Positions 1 through 8,162 of a stretch of 64,000 bases of DNA are shown here, piece after piece. This DNA is from an uncultured delta proteobacterium. Lineage in GTDB: Bacteria; Desulfobacterota; Binatia; Binatales; Binataceae. Under the pieces are notes generated by a model. The model was not told where the DNA came from, did no database searches, and worked only from the letters and a program-made list of their open reading frames with translations. The stretch covers positions 224,001-288,000 of the forward strand of contig CAWJET010000002.1 in the NCBI GenBank assembly GCA_963842085.1, written 5' to 3'. The position numbers and the translations under genes are program-made. How positions within the stretch are numbered: position 1 is the first letter of the stretch; each line of letters opens with the position of its first letter.

Positions 1-1
1 C

Positions 2-1927
2 GATCGGCACAGCGGTCTGCTGAGCGGGCGCGAGGGTGAATCCGGACTGCGCGGCTTTCAGTGGCTTCAGCCGTATTATATCGCGATTAATAAAAGTTCC
101 GATGCAACGGTGGCACTGGACGTCGAGACCTCGCAGCGAGTGGGCGGGCTGGCCGAGTATCGATTGACCAATGGAAAGGACGATTATTTGTGGGCGGACG
201 GCGCGTTCTACAACGAGTCGATCCGGTCGAATGCGAATCGCCTGGACGACACGGTGGACAACCAAATCGCCGATCCGCACATCCCGGTCGATCGCTACGG
301 GATTATCGGGATGACGCGGCAGCATCTCACAAGCGACCTGATCGCATACGCCGAAACGGTTTCCGTCAGCGACAGTCTGTACTTGCGTGAGATGAATACC
401 TGGACGTTGTCACGCGGTTTTGGCACCAACTTCGGCTCGATGCGAAATGCGCTGTCGGATTTCGGATTGCTGGATCGATTCGAAAACGCGTTCGTGCAGT
501 TGCAGGGGACGTGGAACCAGGACCTGATTCAGCCGCAAGAATTCGCGTTGCAGCGGCTGCCCGATCTGACCGTGACCGGGCGCCAGGAATTGTTCAACAA
601 CCTCATGTTTGCGGATTACGACGCGGAGGCGGTCAACTTTTACCGCTACAAAGGGATCGATGGATTGCGGCTGGACGCCAATCCTCGAGTAACGCTGCCG
701 TGGCGTTTGGGTGACTACCTGCAAGGCTACGGGGAGATCGGTTCGCAGACGGCGTTCTATGACACCTCCGGACACAACATCAAAATCATCCCGGTCGGAA
801 CCTCACCCTCCGCGCCCAACCCCACTTGCGCCAACAACGGAGGTACTCAGCTCGTTTGGAACAGTTGTGCTGCGCTGAGCCCGTTTACCGCCGAAGGGAC
901 AACTGCGCGAATCATTCCATACGCAAAAGTCGGAATCTCAACGGTTCTCGATCGCGTTTACGATGTCGAAGGGAAGTCGATCGAGAAGATCAAAAATGTA
1001 ATCCAGCCGTTTGCCGACTATTACTACGTGCCGAACATCTACCAGGGCAACATGCCTTTGTTCGATAGCTTCGACCGTCTGAACTCGCGGAGCATGTTCA
1101 CCTACGGGGTCACGACGCGCTTCTTCACCAAGAGCAGGGAGGAGGCTCCGGAGGAGGAGACAACGACAACCGAAGCGACTCCGACCGAAGGATTATCCGA
1201 TAGTGATTCGACCGTCGGGCCATTCCACGAAGAGGCCCTCGCGCCGGATTCGTTGGTGCCGCACCCCGGAACTATCGTCCGCGACGGCGAGCATTCCCAG
1301 CAAATTGGCTCGTTGACGGTACAGCAGGCCTACGACATCGGGCATCAAGTGGCCAATGGATCGGACATGTCGGACATCGAGGCGTTGATGCACATCTATG
1401 CCACCCAGCTTGCAACCTTCAGCTCGCAGGTTGACTACAGTCCGCGTTCGCATGCCGGGGTCACGTTTGCCAATGCGTCGGTGAGTATTCAGCCGCCGTG
1501 GTCAACCGCGGGTTCGGCTATGTACATGGGCAAGGCGCTGCAAGGTTCGTTCATCCAGGTCGGATACAATTACGCCAATCGTCGCGACACGGTTTTCCCG
1601 TCGACGAACAAGAATGCTGCGGAGTTCATACAGGGGCGAGCGTACACCGAGGTATTCGATCGGTTGGGCCTGTACCTCGCGCCCAGCTACGATATCGCGT
1701 CGAATCAAATGCTGGAGATCGAATATGGTGCGCGGCTGAAATCGCCGTGCGATTGTTGGGCGGCGGACGTCGGAGTCACCGATTCGTACAATCCTAATGA
1801 CGTGCAGATCCAGTTCCAGATAACGCTCGGCGGTCTGGGCTCGTTCGGGCAGAGACCATTCGGGACTAATCCGTTCCAGCGCGCCGGCATGGTCGGCTCG
1901 CCGACCGGAGTTCTGCCGGGTTATTGA
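2..1927 (+). CDS. lptD: LPS-assembly protein LptD (5' partial, begins before the window)
   Basis: Frame is open from position 2 (DRHSGLL...GFQWLQPYYIAINKSSDATVALD). Beta-barrel-like alternating pattern, LQRLPDL and NVIQPFADYYYVP motifs, C-terminal CDCW...FQITLGGLG typical of LptD. Confidence 0.85.
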   Translation, partial: DRHSGLLSGREGESGLRGFQWLQPYYIAINKSSDATVALDVETSQRVGGLAEYRLTNGKDDYLWADGAFYNESIRSNANRLDDTVDNQIADPHIPVDRYGIIGMTRQHLTSDLIAYAETVSVSDSLYLREMNTWTLSRGFGTNFGSMRNALSDFGLLDRFENAFVQLQGTWNQDLIQPQEFALQRLPDLTVTGRQELFNNLMFADYDAEAVNFYRYKGIDGLRLDANPRVTLPWRLGDYLQGYGEIGSQTAFYDTSGHNIKIIPVGTSPSAPNPTCANNGGTQLVWNSCAALSPFTAEGTTARIIPYAKVGISTVLDRVYDVEGKSIEKIKNVIQPFADYYYVPNIYQGNMPLFDSFDRLNSRSMFTYGVTTRFFTKSREEAPEEETTTTEATPTEGLSDSDSTVGPFHEEALAPDSLVPHPGTIVRDGEHSQQIGSLTVQQAYDIGHQVANGSDMSDIEALMHIYATQLATFSSQVDYSPRSHAGVTFANASVSIQPPWSTAGSAMYMGKALQGSFIQVGYNYANRRDTVFPSTNKNAAEFIQGRAYTEVFDRLGLYLAPSYDIASNQMLEIEYGARLKSPCDCWAADVGVTDSYNPNDVQIQFQITLGGLGSFGQRPFGTNPFQRAGMVGSPTGVLPGY

Positions 1928-2069
1928 AGTTTCGAGTGTTTTTGTGCCGACCCGACGGAGAACCGGTCGATTGCGGGGGCGTGAAAATCCCCTTGCACTC
2001 AAAAACCGAGCTCGAAGTTTGCTCTTGCAAACCGCCTGGTGCCGCGGCTAGCCCCAGTCAGGATTCAAC

Positions 2070-3308
2070 ATAGAAATTCCGGCTCAGCAGCGGCTTCGGA
2101 TTATCAAGGCTGGCGCGGCGATCCTCGCGCTCGTCGCGACGCTCTCGCTAGCCCAGCACCTGCGCTCGGCCTCGCATCGATACGACCAGTTCGATTTCAC
2201 GGTCTTCTACGGCTGGTGGACCGATTATTCGAGCGGCGGCGACCCGTGGATGGACCAGCGTGGATTGATGCGCGGTTGCAACTATACGCCGGCCTTCGTC
2301 GAGATATTTTCGCCGCTCGCCCGGCTCGACCAGAAAACCGCGTTTTGGATTTGGCAGGCCGCGCAACTGCTATGCCTGGTCACCGCCGTGCTACTGCTGG
2401 CGCGTGGGAACGCTTCGCCGCTCGGCGCCGCGGCGACGGTTATCGTGCTTTCACTGGTGCTGCTATCGCGCCCGTTCATGGGCGCGCTGGTATGGAGCCA
2501 GGTCGCGCCGATGCTGTTGGCGCTGCTGTCCGCAGCATGGTTCTGCGCGCGGCGGGAGCGCCCGGTTACCGCTGGACTGTGGCTGGCGCTAGCGGCCTTG
2601 CTGAAGCTTTTTCCCGCTGCGGCTGCCGGATATTTTTTGTTTGACCGCCGTTGGCGTGCACTTGGCTGGACGATCGGCTTTTTTGCCGCCGGCGTACTGC
2701 TGACGAATCCCGCCCATTGGATCGAGCTGGTGACGCGGGGACTTCCCATCTCATATCACGTCAAGGGGGGGCATGCCGGGCTTACCGTACTTGCTTTTGT
2801 GCGAGAGAGCGTAGCGCGCTTCGCTGGTATCAAGATCGCTGCGGAGCCGCTCTTCGCCGTCTGGGGTTTCACCACGCTCATCGACCTCACGCTGCTCGCA
2901 ATCGCCGCTGCGGCCACGATAACAGGCCGCGGACGCGCCGATCTCGACGGTCTCCTGTTCGGGCTGTGGGTCGCGCTGGCGCTTCTGATGTCGCCGCTTG
3001 CGTGGGAACAGGACACCCTGCTGCTGCTGCCCGCGTACTTGTTCGGGCTGTTCGCCGCCCGGGATGGTGTCCAGCCGCGCGAAGCAGACCGGCAGATCGG
3101 GTTGATAGTCGGCGCCACGACGCTCGCGGCCTGCATCGTGACCGCCCTGATCAAGGCAGCGCCCCATCCGGGATTTCTGGTGTCGTTGGCTGCATACCTC
3201 GGCGCCGCGCTAATCGTCCGGGCGAGGACGCGCTCGGAATGGCCGCGCCCTGAAGCTCGGCCGCTCGCGAACGTTGATCCTAGAAATACAACAACGCGAT
3301 ATCCATAA
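2070..3308 (+). CDS. Glycosyltransferase family 87 (GT-C, DUF2029-like) membrane protein; start probably upstream of the called ATG at 2250
   Basis: DFTVFY motif lies upstream of 2250 in the same frame. Also NYTP and LKLFP motifs, SPLAW near the C-terminus, and many TM segments. Frame is bounded by TAG at 2049-2051. Confidence 0.75.
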   Translation: MEIPAQQRLRIIKAGAAILALVATLSLAQHLRSASHRYDQFDFTVFYGWWTDYSSGGDPWMDQRGLMRGCNYTPAFVEIFSPLARLDQKTAFWIWQAAQLLCLVTAVLLLARGNASPLGAAATVIVLSLVLLSRPFMGALVWSQVAPMLLALLSAAWFCARRERPVTAGLWLALAALLKLFPAAAAGYFLFDRRWRALGWTIGFFAAGVLLTNPAHWIELVTRGLPISYHVKGGHAGLTVLAFVRESVARFAGIKIAAEPLFAVWGFTTLIDLTLLAIAAAATITGRGRADLDGLLFGLWVALALLMSPLAWEQDTLLLLPAYLFGLFAARDGVQPREADRQIGLIVGATTLAACIVTALIKAAPHPGFLVSLAAYLGAALIVRARTRSEWPRPEARPLANVDPRNTTTRYP

Positions 3309-4191
3309 GAATCCATAGCGCGACCGTGAGCATCAGAGGCCGATCGTGGAGCAGCGCGCTGGCGGGGTCGCCGCCTTCGTTGCGCTCATCGATCAGATAC
3401 AGGTAGCGCAGGATTCCGAATACGACGAACGGCACCGTCAGATAGAGATGCCGGGTGCCGAGCTTGGCTTCGACCTCGGCCGACGCAGTGTAAATCATGT
3501 AGCTGACGAGAGTCGCGCCCGCGACGATCGAGATCATCTGATCGACCAGTCGGACGCTGTAATCCGAGAGCGCACTGCGATGCGCGACGGCGTCGTCGCC
3601 CAGCGCGATCAGTTCATGGCGTCTGCGCGACAGCACCAGGAACAGCGCCAACACGAACGTGATGAAGACCAGCCACGGCGATACCTCGACGTGGATCGCG
3701 ACGCCGCCCGCAAATGCGCGCAGCACGAAGCCAATCGCAACCGCGATCACGTCGACGATCACCTGATGCTTGGCCCACAGCGAATACACAAGCTGAAGCA
3801 CAGCGTACAGCACCGCGATTCCGACAAACGCCCGGCCCAAAGCGATGCTCAACACCACCGCAATCGCGCCGAGCGCGAGCGCCTCTCTGCTTGCCTGGGC
3901 CACAGTGAGATCGCCGCGCGCCAGCGGGCGGTCGCACTTTTCGGGATTCAGCCGGTCCGCGTCGCGGTCGGCGATGTCATTCAGCACGTAGCCGGCGCTC
4001 GAAAGCGCGCAGAACGCGACGAATGCGACGCCCGCAAGAACGACATCGTGCAAAACAAGCAGGCGTTGACCGAATATCAACGCCGCCAATACCAGCGTGT
4101 TCTTGATCCATTGATGAGGCCGTGCGAGCCGGAGCATCGCGGCCAACTGGCCGTTGCTCTGGCGGTCATTCAACTCGGGCGCGGCATTCAC
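3280..4191 (-). CDS. UbiA-family prenyltransferase, decaprenyl-phosphate phosphoribosyltransferase-like
   Basis: RPHQWIKN, YVLNDIADRDADRLNPEKCDRPLARG, YSLWAKH, SRRRHEL and FGILRYLYLI motifs. Confidence 0.9.
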   Translation of the reverse strand: MNAAPELNDRQSNGQLAAMLRLARPHQWIKNTLVLAALIFGQRLLVLHDVVLAGVAFVAFCALSSAGYVLNDIADRDADRLNPEKCDRPLARGDLTVAQASREALALGAIAVVLSIALGRAFVGIAVLYAVLQLVYSLWAKHQVIVDVIAVAIGFVLRAFAGGVAIHVEVSPWLVFITFVLALFLVLSRRRHELIALGDDAVAHRSALSDYSVRLVDQMISIVAGATLVSYMIYTASAEVEAKLGTRHLYLTVPFVVFGILRYLYLIDERNEGGDPASALLHDRPLMLTVALWILMDIALLYF

Positions 4192-4281
4192 TGCAGTTCT
4201 TTGTATAGGTCAGCGCTTTGCCGTCGCAAGACGGCGGCGACGCTTGACCGCGAGCCGTGTTTGCGAAAACAGTACGGCTCG

Positions 4282-5343
4282 ATGAGCACTTTGACCCAGG
4301 AAAAGACCGGGCCATCCGCCACGGTGGATCTCACCGGCCTGGCGCGGTTCCTCGATGAGCAAAAGCTTGGCGACACCAGCGCACTCAGGTCGGAAAATAT
4401 CTCGTTCGGACACTCCAACGAGGTTCACCTGATTCATTTCGACGGCCATTCATGGGCGCTGCGACGACCTCCGCGCGGACCGCTGCTCCCGACCGCACAC
4501 GACGTGATACGCGAATATCGCGTGCTCAAGGCTCTCCAGGACTCGGCCGTGCCGGTGCCGCGCGTGTACGCCGCGTGCGAAGACCCGTCGTACATCGGCG
4601 CGCCGTTTTACCTGATGGAGTATATGCGGGGCGAGGTCGTGCGAGCCGACAACAAGCACTTCGCTCAAACGCCCGAGTTGCGCCGCCAGGTCAGCGAGCA
4701 GATGGTGGACGTACTCGTTGCGCTGCAGGAAGTCGATTGGCGCGCGGCCAGTCTCGAGGGGTTCGGACGCCCTGACGGCTACCTCGAGCGTCAACTCAAA
4801 CGATGGACCGATCAGCTCGAGCGCACGATTCCGCACACCCGTCCGCTCCCTGTGATGGAGAACGTCAAGGACTGGCTGCGCGCCCGGATCCCCGCGTCGC
4901 CGCCGCCGACGATTGTCCACGGCGATTACAAGCTCGACAACGTGATGTTCGACCCCAAAAGCGCCCGCGCAATTGCCGTGCTCGATTGGGAAATGTCCAC
5001 GATTGGCGACCCGCTCGCGGATTTCGGCTGGATGCTCACCTATTGGCCCGACCCAACTGACCGCGCGTCGGGCGGCGTGATTGCCAGCATGAACGCCGCT
5101 GATGGATGGCTGACGCGGCGCGAGATGATCGATCGATACGAGCGTCGCACCGGGCGCGCGATGCGCGATTTTCCCTTCTACCAGGCGTTCGCGCTGTTCA
5201 AGCTCGCGATTATAATGGAGGGCAGCTATGCCCGATTCGTCCGCGGCCAGGCGGACGATCCTCTCTTCGCCGGCATGAAGGAGCGGGTTCCCGCGCTTGC
5301 CGACGCTGCCTGGGCGGTCTGCCGCTCCGCGCCCAGTCGCTAG
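4282..5343 (+). CDS. Phosphotransferase family protein (APH/ACAD10-11 kinase-like)
   Basis: GHSNE, LRRPPRGPLLPTAHDVIREY, HGDYKLDN and LDWEMSTIGDPLAD motifs. Start at ATG 4282; the longer ORF from 3346 overlaps ubiA antisense. Confidence 0.9.
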   Translation: MSTLTQEKTGPSATVDLTGLARFLDEQKLGDTSALRSENISFGHSNEVHLIHFDGHSWALRRPPRGPLLPTAHDVIREYRVLKALQDSAVPVPRVYAACEDPSYIGAPFYLMEYMRGEVVRADNKHFAQTPELRRQVSEQMVDVLVALQEVDWRAASLEGFGRPDGYLERQLKRWTDQLERTIPHTRPLPVMENVKDWLRARIPASPPPTIVHGDYKLDNVMFDPKSARAIAVLDWEMSTIGDPLADFGWMLTYWPDPTDRASGGVIASMNAADGWLTRREMIDRYERRTGRAMRDFPFYQAFALFKLAIIMEGSYARFVRGQADDPLFAGMKERVPALADAAWAVCRSAPSR

Positions 5344-6191
5344 CGAGCGGCGCGGAAGATCGATCGCAACCAACCACGCGCTTCGGGATACTGGTCAGCG
5401 TCGAGTACGAACTCCTGGCCGCGACCGACGGACTGCAGGCGCATCGAGGTCTTGCAGTTAGTCCAGCGCCCCGGGTTGCCGTGATACGAGAGGGGAGAGC
5501 GGCCGGCTGGATCGAACCATCGCGGCAGCCGCCACTTCGAACATCCCATGTACGGATCGGTCTGCGAGAGGATCAGTGCGGGTCTGAGCCGGTCGAAGGT
5601 TCCGGCGCCGCTCGCGTCCATGCCAATCGACGAGAGCCGGTCGCACGCGAAATAGAGGGTGTTGTTTGTGTATCGATCGGGCGCGACGAGATGCGGATGT
5701 CGGTCGGCCCATGGGATTTCAGCGGCGAGGCCATTGGTCGCTTGGGCTACTCTGCCGACCTGGAGCCATCCGAAGATAACGTGAAGTTTTGGCGCGCCGC
5801 GGACGAAACGGAACTCGCCTCCAACCTGCTCGGCGCACCGAAAGCATCCGAAGAACAGGAACAGATCGCCGCGGCCTATCCGGTGGCGGGCGAGATGACT
5901 CTGCGCGGCACCAGCCTGCCCGAAAATCGGACGCCATCCCGCGGCGCGCGCAATCGCATCGCAGCGCAAATCCGGATCGAGATGCGCGCCGTCGCCTTGG
6001 CCGACGCGGCCGCCCGTCAGGTCTTTGACAAACTGAGCGATTGACGAACCGTTGAACGGAGAGATTTCCGCGTAGGTGGTCGGCGCGCCTGAATCCGGAA
6101 TGGGAAGTGAGTACAGGCGGTCATCCAGGATTGGACTCGGGCATCCGCCGTGCGCCGAGTCGAATCCCTTGCGGCTGAGGATGAGCTTCAT
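5340..6191 (-). CDS. Nucleotide modification-associated domain 3 (Nmad3)-like protein
   Basis: N-terminal MKLILSRKGFDS..GG.PSPI, then HLDPDL, FGQAGAAQSHL, GDLFLFFG, HVIFGWLQVG, HPH, LSYH and GRGQEFV, recalled as Nmad3 motifs. Confidence 0.75.
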   Translation of the reverse strand: MKLILSRKGFDSAHGGCPSPILDDRLYSLPIPDSGAPTTYAEISPFNGSSIAQFVKDLTGGRVGQGDGAHLDPDLRCDAIARAAGWRPIFGQAGAAQSHLARHRIGRGDLFLFFGCFRCAEQVGGEFRFVRGAPKLHVIFGWLQVGRVAQATNGLAAEIPWADRHPHLVAPDRYTNNTLYFACDRLSSIGMDASGAGTFDRLRPALILSQTDPYMGCSKWRLPRWFDPAGRSPLSYHGNPGRWTNCKTSMRLQSVGRGQEFVLDADQYPEARGWLRSIFRAAR

Positions 6192-6210
6192 CGACTTATG
6201 TTCTTTGCGC

Positions 6211-6239
6211 TCCGGGTCATTCTGACAGAATGACCCGGA
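6211..6239. repeat. 29-bp perfect inverted repeat (14-bp arms, 1-nt spacer)
   Basis: TCCGGGTCATTCTG-A-CAGAATGACCCGGA, about 20 bp upstream of the Nmad3 start. Confidence 0.9.
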
Positions 6240-6423
6240 AGGCTTCGCCTCGAGTCACCATGCCATATTTCTGCGCGAACTCACGACAAGGGAAATTCCG
6301 CTTGCCGCCGGCTTCTTCCCGCTCGACCGTTTGCCGGAGCCGATGCATGGGCTCGAGCCCGGGAGTTCCACTTCGACGGCCGCGTGACGGCGTACTTCGA
6401 TCCGTTGTGAAGGTCCGGGGTGG

Positions 6424-6948
6424 CTAGCGGGTATTCGCTTCGGTCGGGGTGCCTGCTACCTGCGCCTGCGCCGGCGGCTGCGAGCCGCCGGTGCTCGCAC
6501 CAATCGAGATGATCATCATCCCCTGTTCGTAGCGCGGTCCGCCGACAATCAGCGTTCCGTTGTTCCTAAGCTTGAGATCGGTGGTCATCATCGGGCGCGT
6601 GCCGTCGAACAGCACAATCTCCATCGCGATCATGTCGCCGTCGATGGCGCGCGGCTGCACGTGGAGAATCTTGCCGCCGGGCAGCGTGAACGCAATCATC
6701 TTGCCGCAGGAAGTTTGCCCCTCGTTGTGACCGATCAAGTTGTAAGTCGAAAAGCCGAACAAGCGTCGCAACTTCTGGTTCATCGGACCCAGCCGCGGGT
6801 CGGTTCCCTCGTTGGTGTCAGCCGCCATCACCGAGTCAATATAAACGGTCACCTGCCTGGGCGCCTTCTGGGCGTAAGCAATGCTTTGCACTCCGAAGGC
6901 CGTGATTGCGATGATGAGGAAGGCGAGACTACCGGGGCGCAAAGTCAT
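6424..6948 (-). CDS. Exported hypothetical protein, third gene of the ECF sigma operon
   Basis: Signal peptide (AFLIIAITAFGVQSIAYA), 6 bp downstream of the anti-sigma gene, ends in a TLIVGGP...MIISI beta-rich segment. Confidence 0.7.
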   Translation of the reverse strand: MTLRPGSLAFLIIAITAFGVQSIAYAQKAPRQVTVYIDSVMAADTNEGTDPRLGPMNQKLRRLFGFSTYNLIGHNEGQTSCGKMIAFTLPGGKILHVQPRAIDGDMIAMEIVLFDGTRPMMTTDLKLRNNGTLIVGGPRYEQGMMIISIGASTGGSQPPAQAQVAGTPTEANTR

Positions 6949-6954
6949 GGCGAC

Positions 6955-7533
6955 CTAGGGCTGATCCGGTAGCCAAATGACCGTCGTGTCCTCGCGAGGT
7001 TCGCTCCAGACTGCGACCGAGCCATTCTCCGACTCGAGTCGCGAGATGTCGGCATGAGAATCGTTGTCCGCCATCGTCGGCTCGTCGGCCGTTGCGATTT
7101 GGTTTGCTCCCGGGACGGCTCCCTGCTCTGCCGCGGCCATCGAAGGAGTCGAATGCGGCCCTCGATTGGCAAACTGCTCGGCGTACGGCGTCATCAGGAT
7201 TATCGTCAAGACGGCGACTGCCGCGACTGCACCGCCCCACGCAAGGCCCGAACCGACAGAATCCACCTGCCGCCTGAAGAACCGCGCGATTCTCGTCGGC
7301 ACCGGCTGCGGCAGACGATCAATGCGAGCAACTACCGCGCTCGAGAAGCTCGCCAGTGCGGGCTCGGTCGCAACCGCTCTGAGCTCGCGTCCGAGCGTTG
7401 AGTAATCGGCCAGGATGCCGGTGCAGGACTCGCATCGCGCCAGGTGAAAGGCGACTTCCTGCATCTCGTTGGGCTCGAGTTCGGAATCCTCGAACGCGCC
7501 GAGCATCATACTTATTTCGCCGCATTCAGCCAT
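6955..7533 (-). CDS. Zinc-finger (zf-HC2) anti-sigma factor
   Basis: C-x-E...HLARCESC (HxxxCxxC), one TM helix, directly downstream of the ECF sigma gene. Confidence 0.9.
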   Translation of the reverse strand: MAECGEISMMLGAFEDSELEPNEMQEVAFHLARCESCTGILADYSTLGRELRAVATEPALASFSSAVVARIDRLPQPVPTRIARFFRRQVDSVGSGLAWGGAVAAVAVLTIILMTPYAEQFANRGPHSTPSMAAAEQGAVPGANQIATADEPTMADNDSHADISRLESENGSVAVWSEPREDTTVIWLPDQP

Positions 7534-7540
7534 TTCTTGC

Positions 7541-8119
7541 TCAGCTCCCGGCCAGGTCCTTCAGGATGTTACGCAGATGCGTTCGTGCGTAGTGCAGCCT
7601 GCTCATGACCGTACCTCTTGGACACTGCAGAACCTCGCTAATTTCGTCGTACGACATCCCTTCGACTTCGCGTAAAAGTATCACTGCACGATGTTCTGGC
7701 GTCAACTCCTCCAGCGCTTGCTTTAGCCGTGCTGAGAGTTCACTGCGGCTGACTTCCTTGAACGAGTCTCCGTGGCTGGTCGGCAGCTTGCCAATTTCGC
7801 TGTCGGCATCGTCTCCATGCAGGACCACATGGCGTCCCTCGCGGCGCCAGAAATCAATCGCGAGGTTGGCCGCGATTCGATAGAGCCAGGTCGAGAAGCT
7901 CGAGCGCGATTCGAACTTCGACAGGTTCTCGAACGCGCGAACAAATGTCTCCTGCGCCAGTTCAATCGCGTCATCCTGGTTATGTACCACCGCCAGCGCC
8001 ACGCCGACGACCCGGCGCTGGTAACGTTCCACCAAAACGCCAAATGCCGCCGAGTCGCCCTTACGGGAGCGCTCGATTAGCTCGGCTTCATCACCGTCCT
8101 GGCGGCCTGGTGTTCTCAA
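7541..8119 (-). CDS. ECF RNA polymerase sigma factor (RpoE-like)
   Basis: AQETFVRAF, FSTWLYRIAAN, LREVEGMSYDEI and GTVMSRLHYAR motifs; TTG start. Confidence 0.95.
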   Translation of the reverse strand: MRTPGRQDGDEAELIERSRKGDSAAFGVLVERYQRRVVGVALAVVHNQDDAIELAQETFVRAFENLSKFESRSSFSTWLYRIAANLAIDFWRREGRHVVLHGDDADSEIGKLPTSHGDSFKEVSRSELSARLKQALEELTPEHRAVILLREVEGMSYDEISEVLQCPRGTVMSRLHYARTHLRNILKDLAGS

Positions 8120-8162
8120 CTTGAGTAGACGGAGGGGCGGGGGACTAAATTCAGCGAATTTT

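Noticed and set aside
1130-1300. Acidic Thr-rich insertion in LptD as a possible intein or mobile insert
   Set aside because: No intein terminal motifs; consistent with a variable surface loop.
3346-4281. Long N-terminal extension of the phosphotransferase (665-aa ORF)
   Set aside because: It is the antisense shadow of the ubiA gene; recognisable protein starts at Met 4282.
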